DNA of 40,031 nucleotides, taken from a virus. The translations under genes and the position numbers were made by a program. The stretch covers positions 1 to 40,031 of IMG/VR virus record IMGVR_UViG_3300037540_000292. One strand, 5' to 3'. Below, one piece after another: positions 1 to 7,450 of this stretch (within the stretch, counting starts at the first letter, position 1; the number at the start of each line of letters is the position of its first letter). A model generated the notes under the pieces. It made no database searches and had not been told where the DNA came from. It saw nothing but the letters and a program-made list of their open reading frames with translations.

Positions 1-127
1 GAAAATGAAATTAAAAATCAGGGTAGGAATTAGGCGGTTAATTAACAAGATAAAGTTGCAGTGGTTGTTTTGGAAAGGGCGGTGAAAATCAATGAAAATC
101 TATAAAACGCAAGAAGAAGTGGAAAGA
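1..127. repeat. Direct terminal repeat, left copy (identical to 39905..40031)
   Basis: Base-by-base comparison shows that 1..127 equals 39905..40031. This implies a circular or terminally redundant 39,904-bp unit. Confidence 0.97.
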
Positions 128-439
128 GACGTAAAAGACAGAAGACTGATCATCGATGATGACGTTGTTTTTGAGTGTGATATTGATTTGCCAATAAGTA
201 TTGAGGCAATGGACATCACTGCAAAGGACATCAATGCAATAGACATCAATGCAATAGACATCAATGCAATAGACATCAATGCAGGGAACATCATCGCAGG
301 GAACATTGAAGCAGGGAATATCAGTTACTATGCCGTCTGCTATGCTTACGGATCAATCGTATGTGATAGTATTTTGGGCAGACATAAAAACTCAAAGCAT
401 TTTTGTCTTGATGGAAAAATAACTATAAGGGGGACATGA
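92..439 (+). CDS. Hypothetical protein with about 8 pentapeptide-type repeats (AKDIN AIDIN AIDIN AIDIN AGNII AGNIE AGNIS)
   Basis: 115-aa ORF with GGCGGTGA upstream. The 5-residue periodicity, with hydrophobic residues at alternating inward positions, fits a short quadrilateral beta-helix. Confidence 0.8.
   Translation: MKIYKTQEEVERDVKDRRLIIDDDVVFECDIDLPISIEAMDITAKDINAIDINAIDINAIDINAGNIIAGNIEAGNISYYAVCYAYGSIVCDSILGRHKNSKHFCLDGKITIRGT
206..325. repeat. 15-bp tandem repeat array inside the first gene (8 units, 3 of them perfect at 236..280)
   Basis: The unit gcaatagacatcaat occurs 3 times exactly and is flanked by degenerate units (gcaaaggacatcaat, gcagggaacatcatc and others). Confidence 0.95.
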
Positions 440-529
440 ATACGATGACTTGAAAACTTTATAAGGAAAATACTACGAAAAAATATTATTTGAGGACTAA
501 AGAAGAATTAAAGAAAGGAGGTGATTAAA

Positions 530-631
530 TTGTGGTGGGTAATGGCAGGATTGATTTTATTCTTGCTGGTAATTTTGGTAGGTTATATTTGGTACGTTTC
601 TGCGCTGGCTACACGAAAAAAAAGGAGATAA
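530..631 (+). CDS. Small membrane protein (33 aa from TTG 530, or 29 aa from ATG 542)
   Basis: AAAGGAGGTGA lies 5 nt upstream of the TTG. The translation WWVMAGLILFLLVILVGYIWYVSALATRKKRR has one TM helix and a basic tail. It is too short for the ORF track. Confidence 0.4.
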   Translation: MWWVMAGLILFLLVILVGYIWYVSALATRKKRR

Positions 632-635
632 AACA

Positions 636-1019
636 ATGAAAATCATATCATTATTTTTTTTGACAGTTGCTTTGGTAAGTATAATTTATTTGGTATTTTC
701 AAAAAAAGAAAAGCCTATGCCCCTTGATTGTATGTCCATTGGTGGCGACAATTATAAACTGGTTCATTATGAAAGCGTTACTCTCGCACCCGGTAGCTGT
801 GGTAGTTTTAACTATCCGATACCAATGCATATTTTGATAAATCCAAATCCCAAAGTATACGAGATTTTTGTAAACAAGGTGAAAATTCTTGATGTATTAA
901 ATTCTTATCGTACGGCGCAAGTCATTTTTTACGAAATGCGGGATGACAAAATTGAAATTTATAATATCAATCCCGGCGATAAAATTGACGTTAAAATTTA
1001 CGTGAAAAAAAGTGGTTGA
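636..1019 (+). CDS. Membrane-anchored or secreted hypothetical protein
   Basis: 127-aa ORF with an AAGGAG RBS and an N-terminal hydrophobic helix (IISLFFLTVALVSIIYLVF). Confidence 0.8.
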   Translation: MKIISLFFLTVALVSIIYLVFSKKEKPMPLDCMSIGGDNYKLVHYESVTLAPGSCGSFNYPIPMHILINPNPKVYEIFVNKVKILDVLNSYRTAQVIFYEMRDDKIEIYNINPGDKIDVKIYVKKSG

Positions 1020-1170
1020 CGCTGCTCTTTTAATTTGGTAATGTTATTTACAATCTTTTTAATTTCTCTGCACATTCTTCACCCCTTGCTTCCATCTTTT
1101 CCGACGAGGAAGGATTTGAAAAAAATCCAGCAAGGAGTTAGTAAAGACTTTGAAATTGTAAGGCTAAAAA

Positions 1171-1353
1171 ATGAATACAAAACCCAAACCTGAAAAAACG
1201 ATTTTTTTTATTGCCAAAATTAACAGGCACTTCATGAGAGAAAAGGAAATCGTTTTCGCCACAAGCGGATGGTTTGGGTCTTGGATCTCTGGAGTGCCTA
1301 TTTTGTTTGAAGGTAAAAAGGGAAAGGAGATGAATGTTGCATTTCCGATATAA
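1171..1353 (+). CDS. Hypothetical small protein (uncertain)
   Basis: 60-aa ORF in an otherwise gene-poor 540-bp stretch, with a weak AAGG RBS. No motif recognised. Confidence 0.3.
   Translation: MNTKPKPEKTIFFIAKINRHFMREKEIVFATSGWFGSWISGVPILFEGKKGKEMNVAFPI
1280..1292. repeat. Distal copy of the 18-bp iteron-like motif (cttggatctctgg)
   Basis: 13/13 match to the start of the second tandem unit at 1489..1506. Confidence 0.5.
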
Positions 1354-1531
1354 AAAAGCGTGGAAAATTGCTTTAGATAAAACACCAGATAACATTAAAA
1401 GCGGAATTAAGAAATTGAAAAATTACGACGCTAAAGTGTTTTACGAAATAACTGGCTCAACTTGGCAACGCTTGGGTCTTTGGCGAGGCTTGGATCTCTG
1501 GCAAGGCTCGGGTCTCTGGCAAGGCTTGTAA
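1334..1531 (+). CDS. Hypothetical small protein (uncertain). The C-terminus is encoded by the tandem repeats (GLWRGLDLWQGSGLWQGL).
   Basis: 65-aa ORF. The RBS spacing is poor, and the region may be non-coding origin or operator DNA instead. Confidence 0.3.
   Translation: MLHFRYKKAWKIALDKTPDNIKSGIKKLKNYDAKVFYEITGSTWQRLGLWRGLDLWQGSGLWQGL
1471..1528. repeat. 18-bp tandem direct repeats, 3.2 copies (iteron-like)
   Basis: The units are cttgggtctttggcgagg, cttggatctctggcaagg and ctcgggtctctggcaagg, followed by cttg. An A-rich tract follows, then the recombination module. Confidence 0.9.
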
Positions 1532-1557
1532 AATCTAAAAAAAAAGGAGAATGAATT

Positions 1558-2313
1558 ATGAGTGAACAAATTCTTGCAGTTCGTGGTGAAGAATCAGAAT
1601 CAGAGTTATTAAACTTGGAGCAAAACATTGATGTAATTATTCGGCAGGCTGACAAAAGAGTTGAGACGTTAAAAAAAGTATTAGGCATAGCAGTTAAAAG
1701 ATTATCGCATTACGACATATTAGACCAAAATGGAAAGCCTTATATACAATCTTCTGCTTGCGAAAAACTAATGCCGATTTTTGGGGTATGTCTAAAAAAG
1801 GCAGATTATGAAAAAAAAGTAGATAGTGATGACGCTGGAGTTTATTACATTTATATTTATCAAGGGACTTTCTCATGGGCCGGTGGCAGTATAGTTGCGG
1901 TAGGAAATTGCACTTCACGTGATAAATTTTTTGCTTGGGATAATATGACAAAAACATATAAACCATTATCACAAGTTGACGAGGCGAGCATTATGAAAGC
2001 TGCATATAGCAATATGCTAATGAACGGTGTCACTCGCTTGCTCGGTTTGAAAAATCTTATGTGGGAACAGTTAGAAGAATTTGGTTTTAAGAGAGATAAA
2101 GTTACTACTGTAAAATATGCCAATGGTGGTTTAGGCGGCGGGTTAATAAGTGAGGCACAAGGCAAAAGACTTTTTGCCATCCTTTCAAAAAGTATGAAAA
2201 CACCCGAAGACTTAAAAGCCCACCTAAAAGAAAAATACAATATAGAACACTCAAAAGAAATTAAAAAAGTTGACTACGAAGAAATATGCAATTGGGTGGA
2301 AGGTAAAATCTAA
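1558..2313 (+). CDS. Hypothetical protein, possible single-strand annealing protein (Rad52/Sak/ERF-like); tentative
   Basis: 251-aa ORF with a strong AAGGAG RBS, sitting upstream of a RecB/Cas4-type exonuclease. The patterns KPYIQSSACEKLMPIFGV and ASIMKAAYSNMLMNGVTRLLGL resemble SSAP cores, judged by eye only. Confidence 0.5.
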   Translation: MSEQILAVRGEESESELLNLEQNIDVIIRQADKRVETLKKVLGIAVKRLSHYDILDQNGKPYIQSSACEKLMPIFGVCLKKADYEKKVDSDDAGVYYIYIYQGTFSWAGGSIVAVGNCTSRDKFFAWDNMTKTYKPLSQVDEASIMKAAYSNMLMNGVTRLLGLKNLMWEQLEEFGFKRDKVTTVKYANGGLGGGLISEAQGKRLFAILSKSMKTPEDLKAHLKEKYNIEHSKEIKKVDYEEICNWVEGKI

Positions 2314-2327
2314 AAATAGGAGATATT

Positions 2328-3092
2328 ATGGAGAAAAATTTGCAAGTTATTGTTCAGGAAAGTGGTTTAGAAACTTCAAAAGCAAAATTTATCCTTGAGA
2401 ATTTTCAGGATTATTTTTCTATTGCCGAAGATTGGGAAAAGAAGGCAAAAGCAATAATGGTTACAGATGCAAAACAAGTTGCTGAAATGAAAATGGCTCG
2501 TGAGGGACGGTTATTTTTGAAGGAAAAAAGAGTTGCCATTGAGAAATCAAGGAAAAAACTTAAAGAACAGTCGTTAAGGGAAAGTAAAGCGATAGATGGG
2601 ATAGCAAACATTCTTAAAGCAGTTATTGAGCCGATCGAAAAATATCTTGACGAGCAGGAACATTTCGTTGAAAACAAGGAAAAAGCAGAAGAAGAGGCAA
2701 GACGTTTAGAGATAGAAAAACGCATTGAAGAGGAAAGAATTGCTAAAGAAAAGGCAGAGGCAGAAGAACGGAATAAAATAAAACTTGAAAACGAAAGACT
2801 AAAAAAAGAAGCAGAAGAAAGAGAACGCAGGGCATTAGAAGAAAGAAAAAAGTTAGAAGAAGAAAATAGAAAGCGTCTTGAAGAAGAACGGAAAAAAGCA
2901 GAGGATGAACGGCAAAAGATAGAACTTGAAAACAAAAAGAAATTAGATGATGAGCGTAAACGTCTTGAAGAAGAAAACCGAAAAAAATTAGAGGAACAAA
3001 GGCTAAAAGCGGAAAAAGAAAGAAAAGAACTTGAGGAAAAGTTGAAATCTGGAGAAAAAAGAAAATGTCCAAAATGCGGTCATATTTTTTAA
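2328..3092 (+). CDS. K/E-rich coiled-coil protein with a C-terminal CPKCGH zinc-knuckle-like end
   Basis: 254-aa ORF with a GGAG RBS. Residues from about 115 to 245 are low-complexity E/K/R heptad-like sequence. Confidence 0.85.
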   Translation: MEKNLQVIVQESGLETSKAKFILENFQDYFSIAEDWEKKAKAIMVTDAKQVAEMKMAREGRLFLKEKRVAIEKSRKKLKEQSLRESKAIDGIANILKAVIEPIEKYLDEQEHFVENKEKAEEEARRLEIEKRIEEERIAKEKAEAEERNKIKLENERLKKEAEERERRALEERKKLEEENRKRLEEERKKAEDERQKIELENKKKLDDERKRLEEENRKKLEEQRLKAEKERKELEEKLKSGEKRKCPKCGHIF

Positions 3093-3101
3093 GGAATAAA
3101 T

Positions 3102-4073
3102 ATGAGTTACGATTTAACAATAAAACTTGCCGATGAAATAGTGGAAAGGCGAAAGAAAACTTTGCAGGATAAAATCAAGCGTTATCCTGCAAGTAATTTT
3201 AGGGCGTCAGATATTTCCGAATGTGATAAATACATGATTTATAGTATTTTGGACTGGCAAAAGAAAAAATTGCATGATGTAGGACTTCAGGAGATTTTTG
3301 ACGCCGGAAATGAAGAAGAAAAACAGGTGAAGAAAAGACTTGCCGAAGATGGATTTGATGTTGTTTCGCAGCAAAACGACTTTGAAATAAAAGACAGAAA
3401 TCAAAACATTATATGTCGTGGACATATCGACGGAAAAATATCTTACAAAGGCGAATATATTCCGATTGAAATAAAAAGTATGAATGAGAATATATTCCGT
3501 ACCATCAATAGCCTTGAAGATTTCAATAAAAAACCTCACCTACGGAAATACTTACGGCAAATGCAGTTGTATCTTTATGGAAATAATGAAGAGGCTGGTC
3601 TCTTTATTTTGTCTGATTTCAGGAGGCATAAGATTATCCCTGTTATTTTGGACTTTGGAGAATGTGATTTTATCTTAAAACGTCTTGAGAAAATTTGGGA
3701 ATATGTCCAGAAAAAAGAATATCCCCCAAAAATTGAATATAAAAAAGATATTTGTGGCAGATGTTCTTATTCTCACATATGTTTGCCTGACGTTGAAAAT
3801 AAGTCTTCTCAAATGATTGACAATGAAGAATTGGAACAAACGATAGATAAACACGAAGAACTTTATAAAAACTACAAGGAATATAAGTCAATACATGGCC
3901 AATTGAAAGAAACATTTAATAACGTAGAATCTGCTTTTATTGGAAGTAAGTATCAAATAGTGGGTAAAACTATAGTTAAAAAACTTGTCAATACAAAATC
4001 AATGCCCGACGATGTAAAGAAAAAATATACCGAAGAAAAATCAGAATATAGATTTCATATAGAAACACTTTGA
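3102..4073 (+). CDS. PD-(D/E)XK exonuclease, RecB/Cas4-like, with a Cys cluster
   Basis: Motifs seen: GHIDG, IPIEIKS (D...ExK), QMQLY, an N-terminal Cys (SECDKY) and a C-terminal CGRCSYSHIC (C-x2-C-x5-C) typical of Cas4/AddB-type Fe-S nucleases. Confidence 0.8.
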   Translation: MSYDLTIKLADEIVERRKKTLQDKIKRYPASNFRASDISECDKYMIYSILDWQKKKLHDVGLQEIFDAGNEEEKQVKKRLAEDGFDVVSQQNDFEIKDRNQNIICRGHIDGKISYKGEYIPIEIKSMNENIFRTINSLEDFNKKPHLRKYLRQMQLYLYGNNEEAGLFILSDFRRHKIIPVILDFGECDFILKRLEKIWEYVQKKEYPPKIEYKKDICGRCSYSHICLPDVENKSSQMIDNEELEQTIDKHEELYKNYKEYKSIHGQLKETFNNVESAFIGSKYQIVGKTIVKKLVNTKSMPDDVKKKYTEEKSEYRFHIETL

Positions 4074-4083
4074 TTTTTGAAAT

Positions 4084-4152
4084 GGTGGCAGTGGCGTTCT
4101 GGCGAAAACGTACTTAACGTGAGTTTAGCAGGTTCAAATCCTGCCTGCCACC
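4084..4152 (+). ncRNA. Non-canonical tRNA-like element (acceptor stem plus T arm intact, only one further arm possible)
   Basis: A 7-bp acceptor helix pairs 4085..4091 with 4145..4151, and an extra G4084:C4152 pair is possible. The T arm is GCAGG-TTCAAAT-CCTGC (4128..4144) and U8 is present. At 68 nt the element is too short for both a D arm and an anticodon arm. Confidence 0.35.
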
Positions 4153-4169
4153 AATTTCTTGAAAGAAAA

Positions 4170-4325
4170 ATGAATACGAAATCTTATGTTTGTAAAAATT
4201 GCGATAAAACGTTTACGGCTTTTGGCACAACTAAAACGTGTCCATACTGCAAATCGGAGAATATCGTTAAGTATACTGAAGGTATATTCAACATTGAAGA
4301 TTTTATAAACGAGGTGACGAAATGA
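4170..4325 (+). CDS. Mini zinc-ribbon protein (CKNC...CPYC), paralog of 37907..38062
   Basis: The 51-aa product starts at the internal ATG of track ORF 4077..4325, whose upstream part is the tRNA-like element. It shares Y-x-CK-x-C-x-K-x-F-x-AF...CP-x-CKSE with the 37907 ORF. Confidence 0.65.
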   Translation: MNTKSYVCKNCDKTFTAFGTTKTCPYCKSENIVKYTEGIFNIEDFINEVTK

Positions 4326-4489
4326 GCATGAATCCATCTTGTGCGGGAATTGAAGAAAAAGACGTATTTTATTGCTCCGAATGTGATAATGTATTACCAA
4401 TTGAAGAACGGTCGGATAATTTTCAAGATGGAAATTTCATTTGCAAAAAGTGTGATGAAGAAAAAACTTTTAAGGGGGTAGTAAAATGA
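4322..4489 (+). CDS. Mini zinc-ribbon protein (CSEC...CKKC), 55 aa
   Basis: ATGA overlaps occur at both ends (4322 and 4486), which suggests translational coupling. It is too short for the ORF track. Confidence 0.55.
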   Translation: MSMNPSCAGIEEKDVFYCSECDNVLPIEERSDNFQDGNFICKKCDEEKTFKGVVK

Positions 4490-4962
4490 AATATCACTTC
4501 GGTCCTGTTCACCCACCGAGAAGGCGTCGACGTTTAGAAGATCCTATTCAGATAGCAGTTGCTAACTATTTAAGAGTGAAATATCCACAAATAAAATCAA
4601 CTATTGCCCCGCAAGGAATTAAATTTTCCGACAACAAGTTAAAAAATATTATCATATCTAAAAAAATGAAAGATATGGGCTACGAAAAAGGCACACCCGA
4701 CTTAATGATTTTCAAAAGATTTTTATCAAAAGAAGTAATAATAGTATATTCTGGATTATTTATTGAAATAAAATCAAATGAATATGGAAAAAACAAAGGC
4801 AGTCTAACAAAAGAACAAAAAGATTTTATCAACTATTTACGTCAAGAGGGATACTATGCCGATGTTTGCTATGGGGCACATGAAGGATACGATCTGATTG
4901 ACTGCTATATGTCATTTGATAGCGAAAAAATTATGAGTAGAAAACTTAACTATAAAGGATGA
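4486..4962 (+). CDS. VRR-NUC domain nuclease
   Basis: GTPDLMIF...FIEIKS...LTKEQKDFINYLRQEGY matches the VRR-NUC PD-(D/E)XK signature. Confidence 0.75.
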   Translation: MKYHFGPVHPPRRRRRLEDPIQIAVANYLRVKYPQIKSTIAPQGIKFSDNKLKNIIISKKMKDMGYEKGTPDLMIFKRFLSKEVIIVYSGLFIEIKSNEYGKNKGSLTKEQKDFINYLRQEGYYADVCYGAHEGYDLIDCYMSFDSEKIMSRKLNYKG

Positions 4963-5225
4963 AACAAATGACATTTTCACAATTTTTTTATGAGTTTCTT
5001 GAGAAAACACTACATTTCAAATGCAGTCATTTTCTTAAAACCCACATTGAATTTTTTGATTGTATCCCATTAAATGACGATAAATTACGAGTTAATTTTT
5101 CTTGGAGGCTAAAAAATAAGGACGGAACTGACGTAACGCTTGAAAATCAATCAATAGAAACAAAACAAGCAATTAAAATAATTTTTGGAGCTGAAAAGGA
5201 GCTTTTTAATGAAATTTTAGAATAG
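4959..5225 (+). CDS. Hypothetical protein
   Basis: 88-aa ORF with an ATGA overlap onto the upstream gene. Confidence 0.75.
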   Translation: MKQMTFSQFFYEFLEKTLHFKCSHFLKTHIEFFDCIPLNDDKLRVNFSWRLKNKDGTDVTLENQSIETKQAIKIIFGAEKELFNEILE

Positions 5226-5233
5226 GAGAATTT

Positions 5234-5617
5234 ATGAGAGAGATTTTGTTTAGAGGGAAAAGAGTTGATGATAGAAAATGGGTTTATGGTTACTATTTTT
5301 TTGATGAAAAATCTGGAATGCACTTTATAAAACCATCGGAAAAATTATTGCCAAGTTATGAACCCATTTTGATTGACTCTGAAGCAATCGGGCAATATAC
5401 TGGACGTGAAGACAAGAATGGAAATAAGATTTTTGATGGTGATATAATGATTTTTGAGAGTGATATTTTGAAAAATACTACGTATGAAGAAAAAATACAA
5501 TATGTCTATTGGGACGACGATGAAGACAAATGGGAAGGTTTATTGAATGCGAGCCATCATTGCGAAATAATCGGCAACAAAACTGACAATCCTGAACTTA
5601 TGGAAAAAATAAAATAA
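5234..5617 (+). CDS. YopX-family phage protein
   Basis: MREILFRGKR...KWVYGYY...IGQYTGREDKNGNKIFDGDI is the typical YopX pattern. Confidence 0.85.
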   Translation: MREILFRGKRVDDRKWVYGYYFFDEKSGMHFIKPSEKLLPSYEPILIDSEAIGQYTGREDKNGNKIFDGDIMIFESDILKNTTYEEKIQYVYWDDDEDKWEGLLNASHHCEIIGNKTDNPELMEKIK

Positions 5618-5627
5618 AGGGGAACGT

Positions 5628-6476
5628 ATGGCAGAATACTTTAGCCACGATTACGGTTCAAGAAATGATCCCAAACTGATAAAATTGCAGATGGACATGG
5701 GACATGAAGGCAAAGGAATCTTTTGGGATTTGGTAGAGATACTTTACGAACAGGGGGGGTACATAAAAACTGAAGACTTAAAAACTGTAGCCTTTAGCCT
5801 AAAAGTAGACCTTGAAAAAGTTGAAAAAGTGATAAAAAATTACAAATTGTTTGAAAAAAATGATGAAAAAGTGTATTCAAAAGCCGTTTTATTGCGATTA
5901 AAAAAAAGAAACGAAATAAACAACAAAAGAAAAAATGCTGCTAAAAAAAGACATATTCTTAAGACGGTAAATACCACTTCTGCAAATGCAGAGCAAATGC
6001 AGAGCAAATGCAGAGCAAATGACATGCAAAAGGGGGGAGTAGTAAAGAGTAGTAAAGGAAAGAGTAGTAAAGGAAAGAGTAGTAAAGAAAAGAAAGAAAG
6101 TACTACAACTACATTAGTTTTGGACAAGCCAAAACCGGTTCACGTTCAGTTTGTTGATGGTTGGAAAGAGCGATATAGAGAAAAAACAAAACTTGACTAC
6201 AGGGATGGTAGTGCTGCTTATGTAAATGCAAGTCGTATGATTAAAAAGTTTGGCATTGAGCAGGTTTGTCTAAAAGGGAATATCCTTGCTGATTTTTGCG
6301 AAGGCAGGTCGGTGTGGTTTACGAAAGATGGTTGGGCGTCTTTTACGATTGAAAAGTTAATAAGCCGATGGAATGAACTTTTGCCAAAAGAAAACGAGAA
6401 AATAAACAGAGAGGAATACTGGCTAAAAAGGATTTTAGAAAATGACAAGGTTAGTCAAAGTCTATCCGAAAAGTGA
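5628..6476 (+). CDS. DUF4373 / Lin1244-like N-terminal domain protein (putative replication initiation or organiser protein)
   Basis: The N-terminus YFSHDYGSRNDPKLIKLQMDMGHEGKGIFWDLVEILYEQGGY resembles the Lin1244/Lin1753 domain. The central region carries DNA repeats. Confidence 0.7.
   Translation: MAEYFSHDYGSRNDPKLIKLQMDMGHEGKGIFWDLVEILYEQGGYIKTEDLKTVAFSLKVDLEKVEKVIKNYKLFEKNDEKVYSKAVLLRLKKRNEINNKRKNAAKKRHILKTVNTTSANAEQMQSKCRANDMQKGGVVKSSKGKSSKGKSSKEKKESTTTTLVLDKPKPVHVQFVDGWKERYREKTKLDYRDGSAAYVNASRMIKKFGIEQVCLKGNILADFCEGRSVWFTKDGWASFTIEKLISRWNELLPKENEKINREEYWLKRILENDKVSQSLSEK
5982..6021. repeat. 11-bp tandem repeat, about 3.7 copies (cagagcaaatg)
   Basis: Exact units at 5989..5999, 6000..6010 and 6011..6021, preceded by a partial unit. 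The period is not a multiple of 3. Confidence 0.9.
6038..6087. repeat. Four copies of AGTAGTAAAG at 10/15/15-bp spacing
   Basis: Copies at 6038, 6048, 6063 and 6078, followed by an A-rich tract. The repeats encode SSKGKSSKGKSSKEK. Confidence 0.85.
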
Positions 6477-6858
6477 AGAAGCGTTGCTGCATGTAGAACT
6501 TGAAAAATTGTTTATATTTCAAGGGTGCCGTGGGAGTGGAATAAAGTTTTTTATTGAAACTTTTGCAAGAGAAATTTTGACGTGGGGTTACGAAATGACG
6601 GATATTTTGTTGGGTGTAAAACGTCTTTTTGACAGGGATATTGGTTCGGTCAAGTTGCATAGTATCAAGCAGTCAATAGCAGATGTTGTGATTAGCAAGC
6701 AGCCCCAACAGTCAGAAGATTACAGAAATTGGAAAAGAGAACCTATGCCGGAAAAAGCAAAAGAGTTGATAAACTTGATGAAAATTAAACGTTTGAAGCA
6801 AGAAAAAGTAAAGATAGAAAGGGCAAACTACGTGAAAACCAAAAAGGAGAGAGTATGA
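6442..6858 (+). CDS. Hypothetical protein
   Basis: 138-aa ORF that overlaps the upstream gene by 35 nt and has an AAAAGGA RBS. Confidence 0.7.
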   Translation: MTRLVKVYPKSEEALLHVELEKLFIFQGCRGSGIKFFIETFAREILTWGYEMTDILLGVKRLFDRDIGSVKLHSIKQSIADVVISKQPQQSEDYRNWKREPMPEKAKELINLMKIKRLKQEKVKIERANYVKTKKERV

Positions 6859-7103
6859 ACAAATTCAATAAACAGAGAGAAGTTTTGGGAATGAATTTAT
6901 TTGAAAAAGTTTTAATTTCATCATTTAAAATTCAAAAAGAAAAAGAAGAAATTTTGATTTGCTTAGAAGATATGTTTTATCAATTTGCTTGTAGAAAAAA
7001 CGGTAAATTTTTCACTGGTGGACTATCTTCACTGGAGTATTGTTTGAAAATTCTAAAAAAATTCGGGAGAATAAATAATGAACAAATTCAAGGCAATAAA
7101 TGA
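6855..7103 (+). CDS. Hypothetical protein
   Basis: 82-aa ORF with an ATGA overlap and a GGAGAG RBS. Confidence 0.7.
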   Translation: MNKFNKQREVLGMNLFEKVLISSFKIQKEKEEILICLEDMFYQFACRKNGKFFTGGLSSLEYCLKILKKFGRINNEQIQGNK

Positions 7104-7218
7104 GGTTAAAAAAGAGATGAAAAACTGGCGGAATAACAAAGAAACTAAAGATTTGAATTTTTTGGAATTGCGGGATTACTACACGGAAAAAATCAAGGAG
7201 AAAATTAACAATGGCTAA
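7078..7218 (+). CDS. Hypothetical small protein, 46 aa (uncertain)
   Basis: It fills the 7104..7210 gap and overlaps both neighbours. No motif recognised. Confidence 0.3.
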   Translation: MNKFKAINEVKKEMKNWRNNKETKDLNFLELRDYYTEKIKEKINNG

Positions 7219-7450
7219 AAGAAAAGTTTACAAAGAAGAAAAAGTTTATGTCCATCTGGATAATGGTGATTTTAATGACGAAACTTGTTTGTGTGAAATT
7301 GAAGGTGTGGTAAGTTTTGAAATGTTTAGTGATAGAAATTTTATGTTTTTAACCAAAAATGCAATTGACGGAGATAAATATTTGGACATACGAAATTTTA
7401 TTGAAAAGAGGTTAAAAAATAGAAAAGAGAATTTACAAAAAAATTATTAA
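7211..7450 (+). CDS. Hypothetical protein
   Basis: 79-aa ORF with an AAGGAG RBS. It ends just after an A7 tract (7437..7443). Confidence 0.75.
   Translation: MAKRKVYKEEKVYVHLDNGDFNDETCLCEIEGVVSFEMFSDRNFMFLTKNAIDGDKYLDIRNFIEKRLKNRKENLQKNY

Noticed and set aside
206-325. Tandem repeats considered as a CRISPR array or mini-array
   Set aside because: The units are contiguous 15-mers with no spacers, they sit in frame inside a coding sequence, and they encode a pentapeptide repeat.
1138-1395. Minus-strand ORFs (85 aa and 73 aa) in the 1020..1557 region
   Set aside because: They have no RBS, no motifs and an odd composition. The region is better explained as regulatory or origin DNA, with at most small + strand ORFs.
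2411-3120. Long minus-strand ORFs (174 aa and 125 aa) opposite the K/E-rich gene
   Set aside because: They mirror a GAA/AAG-rich low-complexity coding region. Their translations are F/S/L-rich junk, they have no RBS, and they lie fully inside a well-supported + strand gene.
4084-4152. tRNA-like element as a canonical tRNA gene or as a phage attP core
   Set aside because: At 68 nt it cannot hold both a D arm and an anticodon arm, so I do not call it a tRNA. I found no integrase or recombinase anywhere in the genome, so an attachment-site reading has no support.
4077-4169. N-terminal extension of ORF 4077..4325 (MKWWQWRSGENVLNVSLAGSNPACHQFLERK)
   Set aside because: These codons coincide exactly with the tRNA-like element. 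The zinc-ribbon paralog at 37907 aligns from the internal Met, so the extension is probably not translated.
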